Assembly (NCBI GenBank): GCA_038154685.1
Contig: JAYPYW010000001.1
Span: forward strand, 36,761 to 100,760
Origin: Flavobacteriales bacterium
Lineage (GTDB): Bacteria > Bacteroidota > Bacteroidia > Flavobacteriales_C > GCA-002722245
Direction: 5' to 3'
DNA length: 64,000 nt
Shown here: positions 1 to 9,465 of the stretch, piece after piece
Layout: the number at the start of each line of letters is the position of its first letter
Position numbering within the stretch: position 1 is the stretch's first letter
Position numbers and translations under genes: made by a program
Notes under the pieces: model-generated
Told to the model about the DNA's origin: nothing
The model's database searches: none
Seen by the model: only the letters and a program-made list of their open reading frames with translations

Positions 1-897
1 ATGGGAATTGTTGCTTCGTTATTATGTTCTCTTTCTACTTTCTACCCAGATTCTCAAAATCCAAACAGAACTGAGGAAGAAGTTGAATTAACTATCTACA
101 GATTATTAGCAAAGTTACCAACTATCGCTGCTTGGGCTTATAAAAACTTTGTTGGTCATCCAGTTGTTTACCCTAAGAATAACTTAGATTACAACGAGAA
201 CTTCTTAAACATGATGTTCGGATTACCATCAGAAGAATACAAGTTAGATCCAGTTATTACTGATGCGTTAAACAAATTATTAATCTTACATGCTGATCAC
301 GAGCAAAACTGTTCGGCGTCAACTGTAAGAATCGTTGGTTCTTCGCATGCTAACTTATACTCTTCAATTTCTGCTGGTGTTATCGCATTATGGGGACCAC
401 TTCATGGAGGTGCTAACCAAGCAGTAATCGAAATGTTAGAAGCTATTCACAAAGATGGTTCTCCATTAGAAGAGTGGATTGCAAAAGCAAAAGATAAGAA
501 TGATCCATTTAGATTAATGGGATTCGGACATAGAGTTTACAAAAACTTTGACCCTAGAGCAAGAATCATCAAGAAAGCTGCAGATGATGTATTAAACAAA
601 TTAGGAATCGAAGATCCATTAATTGAAATCGCTAAAGAATTAGAGCAAGTTGCTCTTAACGACGAGTACTTCAAAGCAAGAAACTTGTATCCTAACGTTG
701 ATTTCTACTCTGGAATCATTTACAAAGCATTAGGAATACCAACTGAAATGTTTACTGTAATGTTCGCATTAGGTAGATTACCAGGATGGATTGCACAATG
801 GAAAGAAATGATCGAAAACAAAGAACCAATCGGTCGTCCACGTCAGATTTACGTTGGAGAAAACGAAAGAGCTTATGTTCCTGTTGAGAACAGATAA
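1..897 (+). CDS. gltA: Citrate synthase, C-terminal ~300 aa (5'-truncated by window edge)
   Basis: Translation contains the citrate synthase motifs [14 protein letters not shown] and [13 protein letters not shown], and the ORF runs off the window start. Type II citrate synthase. Confidence 0.9.
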   Translation: MGIVASLLCSLSTFYPDSQNPNRTEEEVELTIYRLLAKLPTIAAWAYKNFVGHPVVYPKNNLDYNENFLNMMFGLPSEEYKLDPVITDALNKLLILHADHEQNCSASTVRIVGSSHANLYSSISAGVIALWGPLHGGANQAVIEMLEAIHKDGSPLEEWIAKAKDKNDPFRLMGFGHRVYKNFDPRARIIKKAADDVLNKLGIEDPLIEIAKELEQVALNDEYFKARNLYPNVDFYSGIIYKALGIPTEMFTVMFALGRLPGWIAQWKEMIENKEPIGRPRQIYVGENERAYVPVENR

Positions 898-922
898 GAT
901 CAAATCAGAATAAATTAGAAAA

Positions 923-953
923 AGAGGTTTCAATTTTGAAGCCTCTTTTTTTG
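923..953 (+). terminator. Rho-independent terminator after gltA
   Basis: AGAGGTTTCAA/TTGAAGCCTCT stem with one G-U pair, followed by TTTTTTTGTTTT, about 25 nt after the stop. Confidence 0.6.
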
Positions 954-1032
954 TTTTATAGTACTTTAAAGCCTCCAAATACCTTAATTTTATGGAACCA
1001 TTTTTTTCAAATAACGTATTTGGAAAGATGCT

Positions 1033-4000
1033 TTGGGGATGAAAAAAATTCTATTCCATCTTTTTCTATTATTATCTGGAACTTTGTTATCGCAAAGTTA
1101 CCACATGCGTACGCTTACCCAAGAGGATGACAGCTTAGCAGACAACACCGTAAATGATCTTCTTCAGGACAGAAGGGGGTTAATTTGGATGGCAACCGAT
1201 CAAGGGATTTCACAATGGAACGGTATCGAATTCTCCCAAATAATTAAAACCAAAGATCTTCCAGCTAAAGAAGTACAATGTTTATATGAGGATGTAAAAG
1301 GTCATTTGTGGATTGGTACATCAGGCGGTTTATCTGTTTATGATGGCTATAACTTAAAAAATTTCACCGAAGAAGATGGTCTTCCTTCCAATGCTATTAA
1401 ATCAATCGTTGAAGATGGATTTGGCCGTTTATGGATTGGTACTCACAGAGGTGGATTATGTACTTTAGATAACTTTTCGAATGATGGGACTAAGTTTTTA
1501 AAATATGAACTCAGATCCAGATCAATACAAAACCTTACTATAAATAAAGTAATAGAAACTCCTGACGCAAAAGTTTATGCTGGTACGGACATTGGGTTGT
1601 TTGAAATAGACAATGGAAATGATAAGTTATTTGGAGCCAGACAAGGCGTAAGAGGCCAGGTTGAAGACATAATTGAAGATGTTAATGGGGATATTTGGAT
1701 TGGAACTGATGAAGGTCTGATTCTTAAATCCAATACAAACATCAAAAAATTCCACATATCTACAGGATTTCCCATAAGAGGTGTTAAATCCTTGGAGATT
1801 GATAAATCTGATAACATATGGATTGGAACTCTTATCAACGGAGTTATCAAACTAAACATCAATACCTTCGAATACAAAGTTTACAACAATAACAACAGTA
1901 ATCTTTGTGGTAACTCAGTGAGCGCCATTCTTGAGGACGCGAATGATAATATTTGGGTCGCAGCAAGCGATATGGGTGTTTCCAAACTTACAGGAATATC
2001 ATTTTCTTATTTAAATGAAAAAAATGGTTTGCCAAATGAAAAAATCAACTCACTAATTCAGGGCCAAGATGGAAACTTCTGGTTTGGTACGGAAAGAGGA
2101 TTGATATGGTCAGATCAAAAGGATTCAATATATGTATTTAATAAATCCAATGGTTTACCAACCAATTATGTCTCAACTGTTTTCGAAGATGATGAAGATA
2201 ACATATGGGTAGGTACGATTGCGGGACTTACAAAAATCAGAAACAGAGAAATTGTTAAAACCTATGGTTTTATGGATGGATTTTCTCCTATTACATGTAT
2301 TTCCCAGGATGATGAAGGAATAGTTTGGGTAGGAACTAAAGGTGGTGGAGTTGCCCAAATTGATGGAGAAAAAATCAAATTCCTAAGAATGATCGATGGT
2401 TTGCCAAACGGAGATATTACAGCTGTTACAAAGGACCAATCTGGCAAGATTTGGATTGGAACAAGGAATACTGGTATCATTTGGTATAACGGGATTGAAT
2501 TTGCCACTATAACAGAGGAGGACGGGCTATTACCTTCCAATAAAATTAATACCATGATTAAGGGTCCAAGGAAAGAGATTTACATTGGAACTAGAAATGG
2601 TTTAACTATTTATAATGAAAGCAGACAAGGAAGTGAAACTAATATTACTACTATTACCTCAAAGAATTCAAAACTCTCCTCAGACAATATTAAATCTTTA
2701 ATTGTTGATGAAGACAATGATTTGTGGGTGGCTACGAATGCGGGCTTAGACCGTATTTCTTTTAACCCACCGCAAGTTACTCGACAAACAGGGGAATTGA
2801 TTTCAGAAATCAAGCACTTTGGAAACACACATGGAGTAATCGGAAGGAAAATTAACACCAATGCCGTTTGTGAGGATTTTGATGGTAATGTATGGTTCGG
2901 AACGACAATTGGAGCGCTTAAACATGATAGGACGGTAGATAATACTAATGATGTTGCTCCTCAGGTTTTCTTTACAGGGTTAAACCTTAATGGACAAAAA
3001 ATAGATTGGAAAAATAGAAACTTTGAAGTTGAACCTTGGAGTGGGATTCCAAAAAACCTTGTACTTCCTTATGATTCTTCTACCGTTACTTTTGAGTTTG
3101 TTGGAGTAAACCATGATAATACTTCAAACGGGACAGCTTATTATTGGTATCTGCAAGGATATGAAGAACCTAATTTCATCCCTAAATTCGAAAACGAAAT
3201 TGAGTACAAAAAAATCCCTCCTGGAGATTATACTTTCATCGTATACTCTTGTAATGGTGATGAAATTTGTAGTGATAAAACACCTGCTAAATTCTCTTTC
3301 ACTATTTCACCACCCTTTTGGCAAGAAATCTGGTTTATTTCATTGCTTGTAATTGTTGTAATTGGATCAATCATTCTTTTCATCCAGTTCAGAGAAAGAA
3401 AACTAGTTGCTGAAAGAGAATTATTGGAAGAAAAAGTAAAAGAACGTACGCAGGAGGTTGTAGATAAAAACAAACAGCTTGAATTAGTTAACCTTGAAAT
3501 GGTTGCTAAAAACAAAGAGATTGAAGAAAAAAATAACGACCTGAACTCAAGTATTAGGTATGCTTTAACAATTCAGCAAGCATCCTTCCCACCTGTTCAG
3601 GATTTAAAAGATCAAATTCCAAACTCATTTATTTACCATCTACCAAGAGACATTGTTTCTGGAGACTTTTATTGGTACAGAAAAGTTGGATCGAAATTCG
3701 TTATTGCATGTGCCGATTGTACAGGGCATGGTGTTCCAGGTGCTTTAACTAGTATGATTGGAATTGCCCTTTTAAATGAAATTGTCGGGGGTAATAAAAT
3801 AACTGATCCTGCATTAGCCCTTGCTAATCTTGATAAAGGTATTTTAAAGGCTTTCGAGAACAGTGAATCTGAAACTAATGACGGGATGGATATTAGTTTG
3901 ATTACTGTTGATATTGAAAACAAGGTTATTGAATATGCTGGTGCTTACCGACCATTAATTATGGTTAGAGATGGAGAGTTAGCAGAACACAAGGCTACTA

Positions 4001-4284
4001 AAATGTCCATTGGGTTTAAAGACGTTCCAAACAAAGTTTTTGAAAAAACTACACTTCAATTCCAAGAAGGTGATTGCTTCTACATGTTCTCAGATGGTTA
4101 CCCTGATCAATTCGGAGGAGAAAAAAATAAGAAGTTTAAAACTAAAACCATGAAAGAGATGCTAGTTCAAGCTGCATCTATTGATATGGCCTCTCAAAAA
4201 GAAATTGTTGACCAACGATTAAGAGAATGGATGGGAGATAACGAACAAGTTGATGACATACTTGTTATGGGGATAAAGTTCTAA
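1033..4284 (+). CDS. Membrane sensor protein: signal peptide, two-component-regulator beta-propeller repeats, Y_Y_Y domain, TM helix, coiled coil, C-terminal SpoIIE/PP2C-type Ser phosphatase domain
   Basis: N-terminal MKKILFHLFLLLSGTLLSQ signal peptide. Many W.GT..GL repeats of the Reg_prop type, then YYWYL...DYTF of the Y_Y_Y type. Hydrophobic segment EIWFISLLVIVVIGSIILFIQF, then a K/E-rich coiled coil. C-terminal DFYWY...CADCTGHGVPGAL...NDGMDISL matches SpoIIE/RsbU PP2C phosphatase motifs. Confidence 0.8.
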   Translation: MGMKKILFHLFLLLSGTLLSQSYHMRTLTQEDDSLADNTVNDLLQDRRGLIWMATDQGISQWNGIEFSQIIKTKDLPAKEVQCLYEDVKGHLWIGTSGGLSVYDGYNLKNFTEEDGLPSNAIKSIVEDGFGRLWIGTHRGGLCTLDNFSNDGTKFLKYELRSRSIQNLTINKVIETPDAKVYAGTDIGLFEIDNGNDKLFGARQGVRGQVEDIIEDVNGDIWIGTDEGLILKSNTNIKKFHISTGFPIRGVKSLEIDKSDNIWIGTLINGVIKLNINTFEYKVYNNNNSNLCGNSVSAILEDANDNIWVAASDMGVSKLTGISFSYLNEKNGLPNEKINSLIQGQDGNFWFGTERGLIWSDQKDSIYVFNKSNGLPTNYVSTVFEDDEDNIWVGTIAGLTKIRNREIVKTYGFMDGFSPITCISQDDEGIVWVGTKGGGVAQIDGEKIKFLRMIDGLPNGDITAVTKDQSGKIWIGTRNTGIIWYNGIEFATITEEDGLLPSNKINTMIKGPRKEIYIGTRNGLTIYNESRQGSETNITTITSKNSKLSSDNIKSLIVDEDNDLWVATNAGLDRISFNPPQVTRQTGELISEIKHFGNTHGVIGRKINTNAVCEDFDGNVWFGTTIGALKHDRTVDNTNDVAPQVFFTGLNLNGQKIDWKNRNFEVEPWSGIPKNLVLPYDSSTVTFEFVGVNHDNTSNGTAYYWYLQGYEEPNFIPKFENEIEYKKIPPGDYTFIVYSCNGDEICSDKTPAKFSFTISPPFWQEIWFISLLVIVVIGSIILFIQFRERKLVAERELLEEKVKERTQEVVDKNKQLELVNLEMVAKNKEIEEKNNDLNSSIRYALTIQQASFPPVQDLKDQIPNSFIYHLPRDIVSGDFYWYRKVGSKFVIACADCTGHGVPGALTSMIGIALLNEIVGGNKITDPALALANLDKGILKAFENSESETNDGMDISLITVDIENKVIEYAGAYRPLIMVRDGELAEHKATKMSIGFKDVPNKVFEKTTLQFQEGDCFYMFSDGYPDQFGGEKNKKFKTKTMKEMLVQAASIDMASQKEIVDQRLREWMGDNEQVDDILVMGIKF

Positions 4285-4610
4285 TTTACCGGAACAATTT
4301 CAGCCAATTCTAAGCGAAGAAAAGCAAACTCTAGTAGTTCAATACTTTCATTCATTTCCTTTCTATTTAATGCTATCATTAAATTAGAAACAGGTGTTTT
4401 CAGGAATATCTTATCGATTAATTTATTGGACTTGTCTCCATATTCTTCTAAAGTGGCCTTCAAAGCCCTTAAAAATATTTTTGCTTGATCCTTTTTGAAT
4501 TTTAATATAAGGGTTCCGATACCTATAATTAACTCATCAGATACTCCGCAGTACATTACATTACCTATTGAACTGGAAGAGATTAATTTATGACTACAAT
4601 CTTTCATCAT
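4281..4610 (-). CDS. Hypothetical small protein (109 aa), possibly the last gene of the MoxR cluster operon
   Basis: ORF only. It overlaps the stop of the convergent sensor gene by 4 nt. No recognizable motif. Confidence 0.3.
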   Translation of the reverse strand: MMKDCSHKLISSSSIGNVMYCGVSDELIIGIGTLILKFKKDQAKIFLRALKATLEEYGDKSNKLIDKIFLKTPVSNLMIALNRKEMNESIELLEFAFLRLELAEIVPVN

Positions 4611-4700
4611 TTTATTTTTAGTTTCTTTCTAAAAACAAATATGAAATATTCAAACACTTATTGCAATCGCTAAAAAAAGTGAAAAAATGATAACTATCTA

Positions 4701-5987
4701 TTAAATTAACCCTCTAGATTTTAACTCCAAGTATTTGTTAATTGTATCTACATTCAACTTTTGTGGAGTTGTTAAGATGGTATTTATACCATATTTCTGT
4801 AGCTCGGCAGCAATGGTTTGTTTTTCAATAACCGCTTTTTGGGCCATTGTTTGAACATAAATATCTTCAATGGTTTCCGCCTTCTTATTGGCTTTTTCAA
4901 CCAAACCAGTATTCTCAAAAAAGATAACTACCAATAAATGAAGCTTGCTTATTTTTCTAAGCATCGGCATTGCGCGCTCCATGGCGTATAAACTCTCGAA
5001 ATTTGAATACAAAAAGAGTAAACTTCTACCTTTTATATTTTGACGAACACCATAATAAAGCATTTCATAATTAGCATCGTTAAACCTTGTTTTTTGTCGG
5101 TAAAGATTTTCTAAAAGTTTTCTCAATTGACCGCCTAATTTCTCTGCTTTTACGTGAACCCCCAACTTATCAGAAAAGGTCATCAATCCAACTTTATCAT
5201 CTTTTCGAAGCGCAATATTTGAAATTACTAATGCAGAGTTAACGCTATGATCCAACAAAGTCATATCATCAAACGGCATCTTCATGGCTCTACTCTTATC
5301 AATAATGGAATAAACACTTTGTGAACGTTCATCCTGATATTGATTAACCATGATCTCCCCTTTCCTACTGGTTGCCTTCCAGTTTATTTTACGAAAATCA
5401 TCTCCTTGAACATAAGGTTTGATTTGCTCAAACTCCTGCGCATTTCCTAATCGTCTTACCTTCTTAACTCCGTGATTTAAATTAGAGTTAGTAAATACCT
5501 TCAATTCATATTCTCTCATTAACCTAACTGAAGGATATACCTTTGAAGCAAAATCCTGAGAGTAACGAATCCTCCTTTGGGCCACTCTTAAGGAAGTTCC
5601 TACAAATAAGTTCAGCGCACCAAATTTATACTCTCCTCTTTTAACCGGCTTTAGGTAATAATCAATTATTTCCTCCTCTCCAGGAGCCAGATTTAAAAAG
5701 CGCTTAAAATCTCTAATTTGAAACTGGTATGGCAATTCATCAATAACCTTAAGAGTAACTGGCATATTGTAATGATTCTTAACCAGTATTCTTACATGAT
5801 TGTCTTCTCCTAAATTCAATTGCTCTTTAACAATCCTTTCTGCTTCAATTTTTGTTGAGCTGCTGTATAGAATAAGTATGTCTACAAACAAATAAGCAAA
5901 AACAAGCGCCAGGAATAATTGGGCAAAAAAGAACAGCGAACTCCATAAAAAACTTGCTACAAAGAAAGCAGCAGCTATCCCTAACAA
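4701..5987 (-). CDS. DUF58 family protein (MoxR partner; two N-terminal TM helices)
   Basis: DUF58 signature region RRLGNAQEFEQIKPYVQGDDFRKINWKATSRKGEIMVNQY. Two N-terminal hydrophobic helices. Sits directly downstream of the MoxR ATPase gene. Confidence 0.8.
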   Translation of the reverse strand: MLGIAAAFFVASFLWSSLFFFAQLFLALVFAYLFVDILILYSSSTKIEAERIVKEQLNLGEDNHVRILVKNHYNMPVTLKVIDELPYQFQIRDFKRFLNLAPGEEEIIDYYLKPVKRGEYKFGALNLFVGTSLRVAQRRIRYSQDFASKVYPSVRLMREYELKVFTNSNLNHGVKKVRRLGNAQEFEQIKPYVQGDDFRKINWKATSRKGEIMVNQYQDERSQSVYSIIDKSRAMKMPFDDMTLLDHSVNSALVISNIALRKDDKVGLMTFSDKLGVHVKAEKLGGQLRKLLENLYRQKTRFNDANYEMLYYGVRQNIKGRSLLFLYSNFESLYAMERAMPMLRKISKLHLLVVIFFENTGLVEKANKKAETIEDIYVQTMAQKAVIEKQTIAAELQKYGINTILTTPQKLNVDTINKYLELKSRGLI

Positions 5988-6043
5988 AAGGAAAAACCAA
6001 TTGGTTTAATATAAGTTCGATATGAATTTATTTGTTTTCAAGA

Positions 6044-7159
6044 TTATCTAGGCACTTCAATTTTTTGTACAATTTCAGCAATTACATCCTCTGCTGAAAT
6101 CCCTTCCATTTCGGTTTCTGGCGTAAGAATTATTCTATGATTTAAAACAGGTTCACACACATATTGAATATCGTCCGGAGTAACAAAATCTCTTCCTCTA
6201 ACTGCAGCAGCTGTTTTAGCAGATCTTAAAATAGATAAGGAGGCTCTTGGAGATGCTCCTAAATATAAACGAGCATGATTTCTTGTTTCAGCGACTATTT
6301 TAGCAATGTATTCAATTAACTGATCCTCAATTTTCACCTCCTCAATTAAACCTTGAAACTCCTCAATATCAGCAGCTGTTAAAACCGAATTAATGTCATC
6401 GAAGGATACTTCCTTAATGTTGTTTTTAAACCTTTGTAAAATTGCAACCTCATCCTGAATTCCTGGATATTCTAGTTTAATTCTAAAAAGAAATCTATCC
6501 AATTGAGCTTCAGGCAAGCGATAAGTTCCTTCCTGCTCTATTGGGTTTTGGGTGGCCATTATAAAAAATGGAGGATCTAACTTAAAAGTTTCTCCATCGT
6601 TAGTTATTTGTCGCTCCTCCATTACCTCAAAAAGTGCAGCTTGAGTTTTAGCAGGCGCTCTGTTAATCTCATCAATCAACACGATATTCGAGAAAATAGG
6701 TCCTTTCTTATAAGTGAATTCCGATGTTTTAACATTAAAAACAGAAGTTCCCAGCACATCAGAAGGCATTAAATCTGGCGTAAACTGAATTCTTGAATAA
6801 TCTACCGAAAGGGTTTTAGAAACCACTTTAGACGTCATTGTTTTGGCAATTCCTGGAACCCCTTCTAGTAATACATGTCCACGAGAAAAAATTGCCAAAA
6901 TAATTTGATCAATTAGCTCATGCTGACCAATAATCATTTTCCTTGCTTCGGCTTTAACTTCTTCAATCTTATTTTGAAACTTTTGAAGCTTTAATCGTGA
7001 TTCAGGTACAAAAGGCTTTGGAGCTTCCTCAACCATCTCTTCTTTTGGATCAATTATATCCTCTGATGGCACTTGTTCACTATTTACCGGCGCTTCATTA
7101 GAAGTATTATTTACTTGCTCCTCTTGATTTTCTGACTGGTTATTTTCGTTTAATTCCAT
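6044..7159 (-). CDS. MoxR-family AAA+ ATPase (AAA_3) with acidic N-terminal extension
   Basis: Walker A reads GVPGIAKT (the GxPGxAKT MoxR form), followed by VLIDEINRAP and a C-terminal MoxR lid. About 60-aa E/Q/N-rich N-terminal tail. Confidence 0.9.
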   Translation of the reverse strand: MELNENNQSENQEEQVNNTSNEAPVNSEQVPSEDIIDPKEEMVEEAPKPFVPESRLKLQKFQNKIEEVKAEARKMIIGQHELIDQIILAIFSRGHVLLEGVPGIAKTMTSKVVSKTLSVDYSRIQFTPDLMPSDVLGTSVFNVKTSEFTYKKGPIFSNIVLIDEINRAPAKTQAALFEVMEERQITNDGETFKLDPPFFIMATQNPIEQEGTYRLPEAQLDRFLFRIKLEYPGIQDEVAILQRFKNNIKEVSFDDINSVLTAADIEEFQGLIEEVKIEDQLIEYIAKIVAETRNHARLYLGASPRASLSILRSAKTAAAVRGRDFVTPDDIQYVCEPVLNHRIILTPETEMEGISAEDVIAEIVQKIEVPR

Positions 7160-7161
7160 AT

Positions 7162-8466
7162 TTACTTCGCTTTTTTGTAAAAATCGTTTAATCTCTTGTA
7201 AAGGTTAACCAGGTATTCATCCGATACAGCGGTTATGTTTTTCCCTCCTTTAAAATGTTTTAATAAGGCTTTTATTTCTTCCTCTTCAACGCCAGATTTC
7301 TGAGCTAATCTTTTAGCATAAGATGCGTCATCATTGTAAGCAACATAGTACTTAGCACGCATCTTATTTTTAAAGATTTTCTCCATATGGACAATGAGCT
7401 TATTATGCTGATTTTGTTTTAAGTACAACCTTGCAATTGTTTCAGTAAATTCCAAGGACGAATTGTCGTTAGATTGTGTGGTTGGAATAATCTTCTGCTC
7501 TCTTTTCCCTCTGAAAATAATAAATAGAACTACTGCAAAAATGATTAATAAGTAAGCCCACCTTAATTGCATATTTGAAAGTAGGAAATTGAAAGAACTA
7601 TCACTCGATAGCCACCTTCCTGTGCTATGATTGCTATTACTGTGATCGATTTCCATTAATTCATTTTCATAAACTCCTGTTGTATAATTATCAAACAAAA
7701 TTGCACTGTTTGGAAAATATGAAAGCACTATTTCTACATATTCTCGCCCTTGATTTGTAGAAAGGTATTTATTGGTAAAAGCTTGAGGAACTGTATGTAA
7801 TAAGATCTTCCCACCACCGTATTCAAACTCAATGAAACATGGTCGGTATTTTGCTTTTCCTCTCACATTCCCATTTGTGTAAGAAATACCATAATTTACA
7901 TATCTCCAACGCCTAGTTTTCGGTTTGCCCTTTTCCCAGTTGATTAAGTTGTATTCATTAGGGAAGTTTTCGTTGTTAAAACTTAAAACAATTAAAGTAT
8001 CGCTGGTGTAATCAAAGTAATCGGCACTGTTATAATTAACAAATAAATTATCCAATAACCTTGCAGGCAAAAACTCTGCAGCAATAAAAACATTATTCCC
8101 GGCGTCTACAAAGTCAAGTAGATCCTGAACTTCAGACGGAAATAAATTCAAAGACTTCCCCACAAACATATAGGTTACCTCCTTTGCATCTAATTGTAAT
8201 TCTGTACTGTCAAAATATTCCTCTACTGAAACATCAATATCCTTAACAGTGTGATTTGGCAAGCCTTCTTGGAGTATCTCTCTAATAAAGTAGGTTCCGT
8301 AAGGATGTTTACTTTTCGAGTTATAATCTTTCTCCCAATTAATTGATTCAACTTTTCGGTCTGAAAGTTCCTTCGATTCTGCATCCTCATTCCCAACAAA
8401 ATATATCAACCCTCCCAGTCCGAAAACCAGAACAGCCATAATTAAGTATTTTACTGAGTTATTCAA
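7162..8466 (-). CDS. Membrane protein, DUF4350-like (N-terminal TM, second TM near residue 300)
   Basis: Topology and size (434 aa; TM helices at residues 9-25 and about 295-312) match the DUF4350 proteins that accompany MoxR/DUF58 in this conserved cluster. Family assignment is from memory of the cluster, not from a search. Confidence 0.5.
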   Translation of the reverse strand: MNNSVKYLIMAVLVFGLGGLIYFVGNEDAESKELSDRKVESINWEKDYNSKSKHPYGTYFIREILQEGLPNHTVKDIDVSVEEYFDSTELQLDAKEVTYMFVGKSLNLFPSEVQDLLDFVDAGNNVFIAAEFLPARLLDNLFVNYNSADYFDYTSDTLIVLSFNNENFPNEYNLINWEKGKPKTRRWRYVNYGISYTNGNVRGKAKYRPCFIEFEYGGGKILLHTVPQAFTNKYLSTNQGREYVEIVLSYFPNSAILFDNYTTGVYENELMEIDHSNSNHSTGRWLSSDSSFNFLLSNMQLRWAYLLIIFAVVLFIIFRGKREQKIIPTTQSNDNSSLEFTETIARLYLKQNQHNKLIVHMEKIFKNKMRAKYYVAYNDDASYAKRLAQKSGVEEEEIKALLKHFKGGKNITAVSDEYLVNLYKRLNDFYKKAK

Positions 8467-9465
8467 TTATTTAGTGATTGCTTCAATTAGTTTTTGAAAA
8501 TGCTTTTCCACCACTTCAAAATCGCTGGATCCAATTTCATATTTACCATACCAAATGAATTCGTAACTTTTAATGGCTTCCTTAAAATCAGCAAAGAAAG
8601 ATTGACCTTGAACTTCAATTTGGTAATGGTAATTCGTTTTCCTTTTTTTCCATTGGATAAAGCCTTTGTCGGATAATTCCTTGATCACCCAAACAAAATA
8701 AAGTCGTGTTGCACTTCGGAAATCATTATTTGATTTTGCAGCTAATATTTTCTTCTCCAATTCAGACAATTGTACCGCTTCAGGGTTCATGTCCTGGTCG
8801 TATAATATTTTATGGCCTTCTCCCTCAATTGGAGTTTTTGCAAATAACATATACCCAGCAAAACCAAGGATTCCGGCTATTAGAATAATTAAGAGTAATT
8901 TGAAAAAACTACCATTAAGGTTAGCATTAGACTGTTCATTGTACTTTTTTTCTTGTCGAGGATCACTTTTGCTTTTATCCTCTTTCCTTTTTAACCTACT
9001 TTTTTCAATAGCAGCTCGTCTGTTTTCATCCCTTTTGTATGAATTCCGTCTTTTAAATGCCTTTCTTTCGTACCTTCTTGAATCTGATTGAATACCATCA
9101 TTCGAATTTTTTTGCCCGCTTCCTCTATGATATTCTCTGGTGGTTATTGTTCCCGAAATGGAATCATATTCCCAAATAACATAAGTATCCCCCTTTTCAA
9201 CCCCATAACCTAATCCAAACTCGGAACTATCTCCCTCCAGGCGCTTTTGCTCCATTTCTTCTATTAAATCAACTTCTTTTTTAAGGCGTTCATATTCATC
9301 ATTTTTGAACGTCTTTTTCTCAACCACTTCATTATCCTCATTTAGGAAAAGAGGTAATTCTTCCTCTCCCTTTAAAAACAAAGAAGTGAACAAAAAGACG
9401 GCTATTGATATGAACCTAATAATCTCCCTCATCAGCTTGTTCGAAAAGATTATTTTTTGACCCAA
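8467..9465 (-). CDS. Membrane-anchored protein, DUF4129-like C-terminal domain, with charged coiled-coil middle region
   Basis: N-terminal hydrophobic segment and a mid TM helix (FFKLLLIILIAGILGFAGYMLF). A K/R/E-rich segment of about 80 aa. The C-terminal about 120 aa is taken as DUF4129 from its position in the cluster. Start is adjacent to the stop of the downstream gene. Confidence 0.45.
   Translation of the reverse strand: MGQKIIFSNKLMREIIRFISIAVFLFTSLFLKGEEELPLFLNEDNEVVEKKTFKNDEYERLKKEVDLIEEMEQKRLEGDSSEFGLGYGVEKGDTYVIWEYDSISGTITTREYHRGSGQKNSNDGIQSDSRRYERKAFKRRNSYKRDENRRAAIEKSRLKRKEDKSKSDPRQEKKYNEQSNANLNGSFFKLLLIILIAGILGFAGYMLFAKTPIEGEGHKILYDQDMNPEAVQLSELEKKILAAKSNNDFRSATRLYFVWVIKELSDKGFIQWKKRKTNYHYQIEVQGQSFFADFKEAIKSYEFIWYGKYEIGSSDFEVVEKHFQKLIEAITK

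Noticed and set aside
778-1130. Small ORFs 778..978(-) and 936..1130(+) in the gltA-sensor intergenic region
   Set aside because: They overlap the gltA terminator hairpin and the sensor gene start. They are low-complexity and AT-rich, with no motif, so most likely spurious.
1575-3923. Six antisense ORFs (61-100 aa) inside the 1033..4284 sensor gene
   Set aside because: They are fully embedded antisense to, or out of frame with, a strongly supported 1083-aa coding frame. This is a typical artefact of long genes.
8494-9091. Three small plus-strand ORFs overlapping the DUF4129-like gene
   Set aside because: They lie antisense to a coherent reverse-strand gene and have no motifs.
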